The translations under genes were made by a program, and so were the position numbers. Positions 53,256 to 64,000 of a stretch of DNA of 64,000 bases are shown here, piece by piece. The notes beneath the pieces were generated by a model. The model had not been told where the DNA came from and made no database searches. It was given only the letters and a program-made list of their open reading frames with translations. Numbering within the stretch: the stretch's first letter is position 1; the number at the start of each line of letters is the position of its first letter. The stretch is from Camelus ferus (taxonomy: Eukaryota). The DNA lies in contig NC_045696.1 of the NCBI RefSeq assembly GCF_009834535.1, positions 35,156,001-35,220,000 on the forward strand, in the 5' to 3' direction.

Positions 53256-54759
53256 ATTATCTATCACAGTGCTATGAATCTCTACACAAATCAGCTATCC
53301 AACTCTCCAGCCAGCCAAAGGACAGGGCATCTTCTAATGAAATATCATGGGTATGAACTGTATCAGATTAGTCTTTTGCCTTTAGCTACTCTTATGAAGG
53401 AGATGGGGAAATATATTTACAAATAAAAACATGAGAAACAATTAAACAGATGAGTCAGTATTAAATTAAACAACAACATTATACTATCATGTTCGATTTA
53501 TGTTTACTGTAAAAAAACAACAAGATGAAAATGTGAAGAAAAAAATACCACGACAGCCTACCCAGAAAGGGGAACATTTGTTTACTGGGTACCATAGTAA
53601 ATGTTTATCCTGCTTATAGTTGGGAAAACAGAACTGACTCTGAAGTTTTGTGAATTCACGTGATACATAACGTCTCTCAAAAGATTCTCACCCAACAAAT
53701 ACACTCAGGACTAAGGAGCTGAACTAAATGGCATTATACATCTTGAGAATCTTGATATTTAAAATTCAATCATCAGATCAAAGTTTTCCCTTCTTTCCTG
53801 TTTCTTTTATATTCACAATGAATACATTTTTTGTTGTCATGGTCATTAAGCCTAAAGTAAGTAGTTGAACGTTAAGAGGTTGAAAACGTGGAAAATTTGA
53901 GATAGAATAATTAAAATTCATTCAATCCAACAGCAATCTAGAGCTGCTAGTTCCAGTTTATCTATTTAATGTGTTGAGTGAATTAGAAGAATGTCAGAAT
54001 GTCTAATTCAAAATTAAGCCCCTTTTGTGTGTATTAAGGAACGGAAGTAAGGGAATAGAAAAAGAAAGGGAAAGGAAATATTTTTTACTGTTTTATTCAT
54101 ACATCTACAACAGCACACACAGTTCTTCTACTCCGCAAAGCACTCTAAATACACTACTGGATTGCAAAATAATAACCTCTTTTTAGACATTAAGAATAAA
54201 CAGTAAAAAACAAACAAAAACAAGCAAAATAAACAAATATACAAAAAAAAAAACAACTCAGAAAGCCTTTTAGGAAACATTAGGGTTTAACAGGATTTGT
54301 CATACTTTAATTTTTTGAGTTGTACAATAATTCTGAAAAAAGTGTTGAGAAACTATACACTTCTTGTCTCAAATTAGAATGCAGTAACTACCAAGACAAA
54401 ACAAGAGAATTAATTGTACCTGAATTAGCCTAACTGTTGACTTCCGGGTAGTGTCCATCTTAACATAATGTTAATCAAGTTTCACCTGATACACATCATA
54501 GCATCAATATAATGAACATTATTAATGCTAGCAGCCCAATGTAAAATCTTTAACTATAGCTTCCCAATATGTATTTTAATATGAATATTTTATTTTTTAC
54601 AAAAGAATGAGACTCATTACAATGAGACTGTCTTTAATTTTCAAAATACACTAAATTAAGTTGGCATGTCACTTACCATAATAAAAAACATATGTCTGTG
54701 TCATGAGAAAAAGAAATTTTGAATAGATGTCATTAAAAAAAGAATAATTGTTCTTTTAT

Positions 54760-54880
54760 AGAGGTTACTATGAGTCAAGCACTATCATGGTAGCTTTTTA
54801 TACATGATCTCATTTTATCAAAAGAAGGACCTCAAAAGTAGATATTACCGCCGTATGTTACTGAGGAATAAATTAGCCTT
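54760..54880 (-). mobile_element. MIR fragment
   Basis: 'ttactatgagtcaagcact...ttttatacatgatctcattttatc...gtagatattacc...actgagg'. Confidence 0.6.
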
Positions 54881-57800
54881 CATCCCAATGTTTCTCTCTA
54901 GATATACCAGTTGTGAATAATTTTTTTTTTTACTGCCACTGAATACCTTCTGAGATTTTCTATTGGTTTCACTGCTATTGACATTGGAAATCCTGCCACT
55001 TGATCCTGTTAACTGTTTGATAACGATAATGATAATTGTGATGAAGAAGAAATAATAAGTTTTTGCCAGTTACTGTTCCAAGCACTTTATTGTACACATA
55101 TTGGATAACTCAAGTCTTCTCCTTTAACAGAACTAGAAGAGATGACTGGAATACTTACCAGCTCTTTTACAATTTGCATAAATAAAATTCTCATTTTTGT
55201 AGTGAAAAAAACTGGAATTACTCAATTTCATATGGTTTATTCTAATATATACTGCTTTAGTTTTATCTGGTTTTTAATGATGGTAACATTTAAGCACATA
55301 ATAAGTAAATATACATCTATGTAAATTTTATAACCAAAAAAGTTATTCAGGCAAGAGTTTTATTGACCAATAAAATTTTTGTATGTATAATTTTGTTTCA
55401 TGAGATATTTTAAAATGTGGCCATTTTATTGGCTTTTAATCAGACTGTATACCATGCTTATTGATATAAACTTTTATTCAAGTGACTAATCATCCTTTCA
55501 CATTCCTTTCACAATATGATCAACAAATTTTTAAATTTTTATTGATCTCTTTTTTTACAAAATCTTCCCATTACTTAGGAGCAAGATATCTATAAATTAT
55601 GCTGGTTATAAACTGGCAGTAGTGTATTTTGTCACTAAATAATTTCCCAACATCAAAGGAGAAACCCAAACAGATTACCAATGAGAATTACCTTGTTCTG
55701 ATAAGAGTTTGGGGAAATATTTTCACACACTGTAGGCACTAATATCATTGACAATAAGGATGGTAAAGAAATGGGTGCTGATTAATTTTTTTCTTATATT
55801 TACTTCACATTCATCATTAGGGGTAAAAATAGAACACATTCTTATTTTCCATCAGAAGTGCTTTTCCCAAATTATTTAACAATATATAAGCTACTGTTTT
55901 ACTCTACAGCTAACATTAAAAAGACTGTTAATTCTATCAAAGAGTGATTCCAATTTTATAATTAAAAAAGTCATAAGAGATTGAGTCAACAACTCTTAAT
56001 GATTTTTTTAAGTAACAGATTTGATCACCAGAGCAAAAACATTTTAACAGCAAAAACTTGTTTCCTAAGAAAACTTAATGTTGTCTCATCTAGAGCAGAC
56101 AAATGTTTTAAAATATTTTTAGCATATGCCCTATAAGGTTGAAAAGACAGCCTTTTCTATCATCAATCATTCTCTTCACTAATAATGAGCCAATCCTAAC
56201 CATAAAATATAGATCAGATTTGCTGCCCTCACATTTAAAGTTTCAGGTTCTCCTCCTGCACTGATTACAGTATTGCCATGCTGAAAGAAGAGGTCTTCGA
56301 AGAAAAATACAAGGATCCATTAATCATGAATCATTACATTTTCTCAGTTGGCAAAGGAATACTTTGCTCATTTATCCTTTGAATGAAATTAGTTCTGGCT
56401 CAGCTCTTACAGAAGGAAATTCTAAATTGTCTTGGCATCTTCCTATAGCAGCCTGTGTATGTGCCATAAAATGGCAGATGGGGTTTATTAATGTCAGATG
56501 AGTTTAGTTTGCAAGGTTTTTTCTTTTTCCTATTTGATCATTTTAATATTGAAGCACAGATAAGACTCATACATTAAGGCTATATATTTATCTATATTTT
56601 ATCTTATTAATGAGGGATGAAAGAGAAACCCGGTAATGTCCATGCTGCCAAATATAAGTAAGCTCTGTATTCTCTGCACAGTGGAGGAAACGGACACACA
56701 TATCCTTAGGTTTAGGTATCCAGACAGTACCAAAACCCAAAAGATCAAAATTGTTGAAAATATTTGCATTTAGTATGTGAAGTGATAGTTTACTTGTAAA
56801 CAGCACTAGTCACTTAACAGAGTAATATGAAGATTGCAGTCGTATAGATTGTTTAACAGACATATGAGTAAGTTTTGAAAAACAACGTTTCCTCATGAAT
56901 AATTTCTACATAAATTTTACTGCCTCCACTTAGTCATCCTAAATGGAAGAAAATATGTAAGTTTTAAATATGAAACACTGAAAACTAAACTACATGACTG
57001 AAATAAAAGAATATCTGACGGGTGCATTAATCGATGGTTGAGTCTCATTTTATATCACTGTCTGGCAGTGTGGGAGATGCGTAGGTAGACACATGGATTC
57101 TTTTAACCATGAGTGCATGGCTGGCAGGAATCTGTAATTTCGAATATGAGGCCTGCAATACACCTCCTCAAATACTTAATTTCACAGAACTGACATAGGT
57201 GCTGGAGAAAATAGGCATTAAATGTTTTATAATCTATAAAGAACTATAGACCTACATGAAATCTGTTATTCAGCTTAAAACCAGCAGAGATAAGGGCTCT
57301 ACAAATTGTTAATAGAAGTGCTTTATGCTGACTGTTCATATGTTAGACTTGGTGGGAGTTAGTGGTGAAAATTTTTATTTCAGTGACTTAAAACATGGAT
57401 TTGACTTGCCTTTGGCAAAGATTTATGTATATTTAGGATAATATGTTGCATACTTGAAAATAATTCAGAACATAGGAAAAAGAAAATAGTATTTTTAATA
57501 AAATAACTCCTAATCAAAAAGAATCTAAAACTGACTTCATTTCCCTAATATGCAATTATACCTTCACCACAATCTTATAGCTTAAGCTTATAGGAAAGGG
57601 TAAAATAAAACTTTTATCTTCCTAGTGCTACTTGATATAGGGGTCAGTGGCTATGACAGGATGCTATCTTGGTGTAAAAACGAAACAAAAAAAGGACTAA
57701 TTTTTTACAACTTAATATCTTAACATTAAGCAGACACTAGCATCAACTATCTTCTTAACCTATTAAACACATTTTTATCAAATGTGTACTTAGTAATACT

Positions 57801-59589
57801 TTTATCTTAATAAGAAATAGCTAAGCTCAAATTTGGTAGCAGACTTGAGCAATTAAAAAATATGAGTTAAAATGTTAAAATAAATTCAAGTAAAACTCTT
57901 AGTATTATTCAAGATCCATAAATAGCTATTCATTTCCCATGACAGCACACAAAAAGTCACTTAAAAGTTTAAACCACACTCCAAATAGACACAAGGTGCT
58001 CTTACACATTTTTTCTGTCCACACTAATGTTGGATTCAGAATCAGTCTGTCCATACTCCTGCCAATTGTTTGCTGTATAGAAACAGAAGTAACTTTTTCC
58101 AGTATCTGGAGAAAAATAATACAGTTTATGCCTGTGAAGGAGATGGTTCCACCATTAGGGTAGTTTTTGCTTCCATTTCATAAATCACTATTGAATTATG
58201 ACATAACTCTGTACCTAGTAGATCCATAAAGTGTGTGTTCTGATTCTTGCTACCATTAAATATATTCCCAAAATACTAATCCATGTGTGTAAAGGATGTT
58301 GCCTACCTCCACATCAAGCACAAAAGGTCAGGATCCAGCCATTAGCTTTCTCCGGATACAAGATGGTGATGAAAATGTGTATCTCATTTTGACTGCCAAA
58401 AGATAATGGAATTCCCTGAAATCTCATTACCTGCAAATGTAATGATAGCCTTCTTAGAGTGGAATAGTAGAAGCGGAAATGCAATATTGCTGCAAAAACT
58501 GGTATTGTAAATACACATCTATGTGCATTACTATTTATGTCTATATTTCATACAGAGAATAAGTTTCTCTTGTTTTTGGGACCTGTTTTTTAAGATTGCA
58601 CAATGCTAGAATTATTTTTCTCTCCTTGTCGGAAGTTTAACAAGTCAAAATCTGAAAGGCTGTATCCTGATGCTTCCTGGGGCCCAGAGGAAGAGAACTG
58701 ACTGAAAACGGTAGCTACACTGAGGAAAGCTGACCTGAAAGGTCATCATGTTTTGATGACATTGTGTGATCTTCTGAATCCAAATGTGACAGAAGTCAGC
58801 CAATTAGAAAGCAATGTCTTAGGTATCACACAGAATAATTTTGTGTATCAAATGCCACAATAAATATGAAACTCAATACCTGTTATTAGCATTACAACAC
58901 GAAGTATTGAAAACTGAGCAGTATTTTTTCCCAGTGATATTTGCAATATAATGAGGATCAAAATGCTAAATTAACAGAATGAATCTATAGCGAGCAGAAT
59001 TCCCTGCTTGAGCAGGATTTTATGGCAGGGACAATGCCTCACTGAGGCCTTCAAATCATACCAGATTCACATTGAACAAATATGTATTTGGCGCCTATTT
59101 TAGGAAAATTACTACAGAAAAGAGAGTTTGCAAACTCAAAAATCTAGACACATGCTGCTGGGCATAAGAGTGAATCAGGTTTTGAAAGGTCAGTTAAGAG
59201 ATCAAGAGAGAGAAAGTTTTCATGGTGCTTTCTGAGTTCCTGCAACCAATGTGACAAGTTTACAAATTCAAATATGAATTGGACTGTAGAGATTACAGTG
59301 AATATATATATCCTGCCTTCCTTCCTAAAATGTTTTCAAACGTTATCCTTAAAAAAATCTAGAATAGGGATTTTTATGTAAAATATTCCAATTCTCAAAT
59401 GTTTGCTCAACTTATGGAGGTATTGAGTATGAGGATGCAAAACAAAACAAAACAAACAAAACAAAACACTAAACTTGCCCAGCATGCAGGCCGACAATTA
59501 TGATCCCGTAGTAAAGGATATAAACATGATTAACACTGTAAATTAGAAATGCACAATTTAAAATGTGTCTCTTAACCTTTATGTTTTGT

Positions 59590-59720
59590 TTAATTATTCA
59601 AATAATCCACTAGATAATTATCTCTAATTTACAGATGAGAAAACAGAAGTCCAAAGAAGTTAGGCTGTTTAGTAATATAGCAAAAGACCACTGTTTGAAC
59701 TGAAGTTCAAATATTCTAAC
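59590..59720 (-). mobile_element. MIR fragment
   Basis: 'attatctctaatttacagatgagaaaacagaagtccaaagaagtta'. Confidence 0.7.
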
Positions 59721-60659
59721 CAAAAATGACTGTAAAATGGATTTGAAAATTCAATAAACAGTTTAAAGCAATTCCTGTTAGAGCTTTATTATTTATCTAT
59801 TTATAAATTTATCTGATTATTCAGCAAATATTGCAACTATTATGTGTCAGGTACTCTAAACGTTGAGAAACTCTCAGGTTAAAAACAGTAATAGTAATAC
59901 AATGAGAAAGAGGAATAGTCTTTCAGAATCACACTTTTTAATCAATATAAAATCTGCAATCACATTTAGGACTAGGCAGAAAAAAATCAGGACAGATGGC
60001 AGAGAATCTTGAATGCTGAAATAAGGGATTTAGACTTGAATAGGTGGGAAAATGGCTTATACACTCGAAAATATCATACAATTTTTAAATGTTTGAATCA
60101 TTGGAACTTTTGACCATGGAAGTAAGATAAAAGAGTCTTTTAACTTGTGATTTATCTATTTATAGGAACAATTCTAATTTTATTCAAATGTTTATGTATG
60201 TGCATGTGAGTATTTTTCTGGAGACAGGATCCAAGACTTCCTATTTTCTCCCATCACTCCTTCCTCTCTCCGCTTCCCTCCCTCCTTCCCTCTCTCCCTC
60301 CCTTTCTACCTTCTTCCCACCCTCTTTTATTTATTATCCAGTTTCTAAGCCACATTCCTGCTTGAATTACACAAGATCAGGAAGAAAGTGGATATATGGC
60401 ACATTTTTAGACAAAAAGTCAAATGAAATAATTTGAAAAATATGTACTACTATGAACTAAGTTCTGTGTATATTTCTCTGCATTGTGTATTAGTCACCAA
60501 TGAGGCATCCTATCAAATGTTGATCATCTTCAAATGTTGATATAGTTATAGACAGTATTTTGGCCTTAATTTATTCCCTTGATGAGTGAAATGCAATTGT
60601 ATAGAATTCAAATATGTTTAAATAGATAGCTCTAAGTTATTAAAAGAACAATAAAGTTA

Positions 60660-60785
60660 AACCACAAGATTTCAAATCCTAGCTATGCCACCTAATCACT
60701 GTGTGACATTCACCAAGTCACTATACCTTTTTATAAATTGGTCTCCTAATGATTACTAACTTCTTTCTAGTTTTAAAATTTCATG
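60660..60785 (+). mobile_element. MIR fragment
   Basis: 'ttcaaatcctagctatgccacctaatcactgtgtgacattcaccaagtcact'. Confidence 0.65.
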
Positions 60786-62487
60786 TGTATATAAGTCTAG
60801 AACGTTTAATACATTATTAACAGCATCCTCCCCTCTTACATAATGTATCTTTAAATACAATCAGGTTCTGGTACTTTTGATACAATCAACACAAGGAAAA
60901 AGAGCGAGAATACTCCGTCTACACCACAGACCCTATTAAACTGTATATAATTTTCTAAGCGGTTGTACGTATATTGAACTGTAATATATGTGTCTACTAA
61001 TGCCTATGTATTCATTGGCCAATATCTTCACTTGATTTATGAAATTTCTGTGGCTTTTCTCTCAGTTACATGTAAAGCCCTCAGAATTTTCACTGTGGAT
61101 TCCTTTATTCATCTTTTCTAACTTTCCTAACTTTCCTTCTGGGAAATAAGACATTCCTGGAAATAAACTTCAAGAATCACTAAAATGAGAATATGAATAC
61201 TTAAGATAAAATAACAAAAAAATAAACAAGATTAAAACAAAAAACAAAATGGAGGTTTTAACCTGTATAGATTATACAATGACCCCCAAAAAAAGACAGA
61301 TCAACAATTTACTAAAAGAGAAAATACAAATTTTAAAAGTGTGCTATTGATGTCCTTTCCTCTTTCTTTGAATACTGAATAATATTTAAATATAATTTTA
61401 TCATAAAGTTAAATGTTTTAAAGGATAAAATAATGTACATGAACTATATTTACTTGCATATATATTTATATTTTATTTGGAGCCAGTTCTAAAGTTGGAA
61501 AGTATCCTTGCCTCTAAATGGATGGAATTAAAAGCCATCCTGTATTACATTGCTGCTGTTACTTTTCAATTTAATTATGTTAGTGTAGTGAAGGGTTTTA
61601 TAGATTTACTGGGTATTATTATAAATGTCATTTGACTGTGATGTTGGGCATTAACATGTCAGTTATTTGCTTTTAGGTTAATAAAATATTTTTGCAGGAA
61701 CAAGAATGGTGATATAAAATGCAATGCATAAGCCCATCTTGATATGCACATCATGTAATTACAGAAACTACTCCATGAGCAATCTGTTTAATGCATTTCT
61801 CTCGACAAAGTTCTACTAGAAACTGTGCTTTGCAGCATCATTATAGTGGGCAAGATTGCCATATAGTTTATTCTAAATCAGACAATTTCACAATCTTTGA
61901 GGAATGAAGAATAGGTTTCTTCATTTCTACTTTTCCAATGAGATACAATCACTTGTCTGATGGGACAGCTATTAGAGAAAATAGCAAAGTGCCTTGCGTA
62001 TCTTCTGAGGCTGATAAAATATAGAGTGGCATCAGATAGTGACTGAACATCATTATATAAAATTGGAATCCTACACTCAAGAGACCTCTCCCTTGATCAG
62101 GTACATATTTATGCCACCTTGCAATACTTACTTTCAAGATAGGACAGAAAGCTTTAGTCGGCCAGATAATTACAGATTACCAGATTGCTTGTGTTTTTGG
62201 TAAGTGCATGAGTACGAGTGTAAACATTCATGTGTAAACATGAGAAAGTCAAAGCCCCCTGATTCCGGGGAAGCAGTGCTCGTCACTAATAAGCAAAGTC
62301 AAGATCTCCTTCAGCCTCAGTTACTTAATTCAAATGCCAGTGGCTGTGGGTGGCTTAATTCACAGTCAGAGGGAAATAGAAGAAAACAGACTGAGGAGGA
62401 TGAACTGGAGAGGGAAAAAAATCAACCACTGTAGAAAAAGGAATAGAGGAAGAGCAACAACCAATACTTACTACATTTAATAATTTT

Positions 62488-62875
62488 ATGGAGATTGTGA
62501 TCATCTGACTCCATTTTTTGATAGTTTAAGTCTCACTCTTCCCTCTGGCCGCTGCTGCTCTACCTCGGGGCAAGCTGATAAGAAATCCTGGTGCTTCCTC
62601 TTTCGATGATGATGAGAAATTCAAACACACAGGATCCTAACCATGAACCCCTCACCCAATTACCATAAAAACCCTAAATCCAGCATCATCTCTTTGCTCT
62701 CTCAAGCAACTTTTGGATCAGCCTGGGGGGCATGCCCTGTTCTCCCTAGAAAACCCCATCATTTAAGTAATGAACCTTTTCATAAACTCTTGGTATGTGT
62801 GGAGTACCATCAGGTTTGACATAGAAACCACATTTGTGGGGAGATCCGCTCTAATTTTACACAGTGACTACAACA
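62488..62875 (+). mobile_element. ERVL-class solo LTR (MER54/MER73-like)
   Basis: 'tctgactccatttttt...gggcaagctgatagaaatcctggtgcttcctcttt...aaattcaaac', TATA-like 'cataaaaaccc', end 'ctacaaca'. Confidence 0.6.
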
Positions 62876-63166
62876 GAGACAAAACGTATAAGAAAAACAC
62901 ATGTGACCAAAAGTAGATGGATATTTTGAATAATTTCAAATTATGGATGATGTCTAAATGAAAAGATCACAGACTTAGCCCTTGCCATCAAATGAGTCAT
63001 TTTCATTTCCTTTTCAAATTTTGTGTAATATTCTTGCCAAGTAGACATCCTGATAAATATTAATACAATACCATGATATTCATCATTTAACAAAACGACA
63101 CATTTCCTTATGCCTCAAAGATTCTACCCTAAGGGACGAAAAAAAAATACCCTGCCATTTCTCTTA

Positions 63167-63230
63167 TATATTAGTTTCCAAAGGCTGCTATAACAAATTA
63201 CTACAAACTTGGTGTTGTAAAACAACAGAA
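63167..63230 (-). mobile_element. MLT1 LTR terminal fragment
   Basis: 'tattagtttccaaaggctgctataacaaattactacaaacttggtgttgtaaaacaacagaa'. Confidence 0.75.
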
Positions 63231-64000
63231 CAGGACAATGTGGAGAGGAACAAGGGACAGAGGAACAGAGTGAGATGAGGTGAGGCAGCATAGCAGGTAG
63301 TAATCAGAGAAACAGGACTTTCAAGGCCATAGTAAGATGTTGGGATTTTTTCTGATAGAGAGGGTTTTATGACAATGAGTGACTCGAATATGCTTAAAGT
63401 TTAAAAGACACATGATGCGCTCTGTCATAAATAACTTAAGGAAGGAAAACATGCAAAGAATAAGCTCAGTCAATCTCCTATTGCACTATTCTATGGAGGT
63501 GAGAGAACAGTTCCAGGCAAGAATAGATTGTGACTTGGATATGGTGGTAGTGAGGAAGATGGAGAGAATTAGTTGTATTCTGGAAAATACTACAGGAGGA
63601 CCAGATTAGGAGACAGTCACAAGGATTCAAGAAGCAAATCATATATGTCAAGGTAAGGAACAGAGGATAGTTATTTTAAAACTTTATTGAGAGCCAGCAG
63701 GATTTGCAGTTACATGGTATGTCCAAAACAGCTCTGTATACTCATGTGAAGATGCAGTGGAAAACTCCAATTTGAAATTATAGGATAAAGAAAGGATAAA
63801 AACAAACAGAAAAGATCCCTCAGTAGGAATGAGAATCTAGTGCACTAGAGCTTCGCCTTAGATATAGGCAGATACATTTCATTTTTATAAATGGATAAGA
63901 AGGCAGAAATATGGTTATTGCTGACATTAGGTGGATTGGTGGGATGGTATGAGCTTGAGGAAGTTCTCCTCTGATGATGTCACTTCTCTTAGTAAGGCAG
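63231..64000 (-). mobile_element. L2 fragment, antisense
   Basis: Purine-rich; 'aggccatagtaagatgttgggatttt', 'gttccaggcaagaatagattgtgacttggatatggtggtagtg', 'gagccagcaggatttgc'. Confidence 0.65.

Noticed and set aside
1..64000. CRISPR array, operon, retron or other prokaryote-type system; tRNA/rRNA genes
   Set aside because: The sequence is clearly mammalian; no regularly spaced repeats or structured RNA genes seen, and the RT motif belongs to LINE-1.

Overview
AT-rich, CpG-depleted placental-mammal genomic DNA, intronic or intergenic. The style of the young L1 3' ends, a Tigger1-derived element and the absence of recognisable Alu/B1/Bov-tA/PRE-1/Can-SINEs suggest a cetartiodactyl, possibly a camelid (inference from memory, not a database result). 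I found no host protein-coding exon, RNA gene or prokaryote-type system. The only convincing ORF is a 5'-truncated but uninterrupted LINE-1 ORF2 (3850-5562, minus); the other ORFs are L1 fragments, their antisense shadows, or chance. Positions 2-43 kb are dense in transposable elements (L1 of several ages, L2, MIR, MaLR/ERV solo LTRs, DNA transposons), while 43.3-62.4 kb is repeat-poor and may be regulatory. The most interesting structures are: (i) one L1 insertion at 26.2-28.3 kb that combines a 5' inversion, an extra L1 3'-end copy at the inversion junction and a short 3' transduction inside a 16-bp TSD; (ii) a three-level L1 nest at 2.1-8.9 kb whose middle layer is a half-L1-like element (5'UTR+ORF1 joined to the ORF2 tail); (iii) a 39-bp-arm hairpin in unique sequence at 53165-53255. 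Repeat subfamily names are visual recognitions, and most old-repeat boundaries are approximate. I cannot support a claim of a new biological system.
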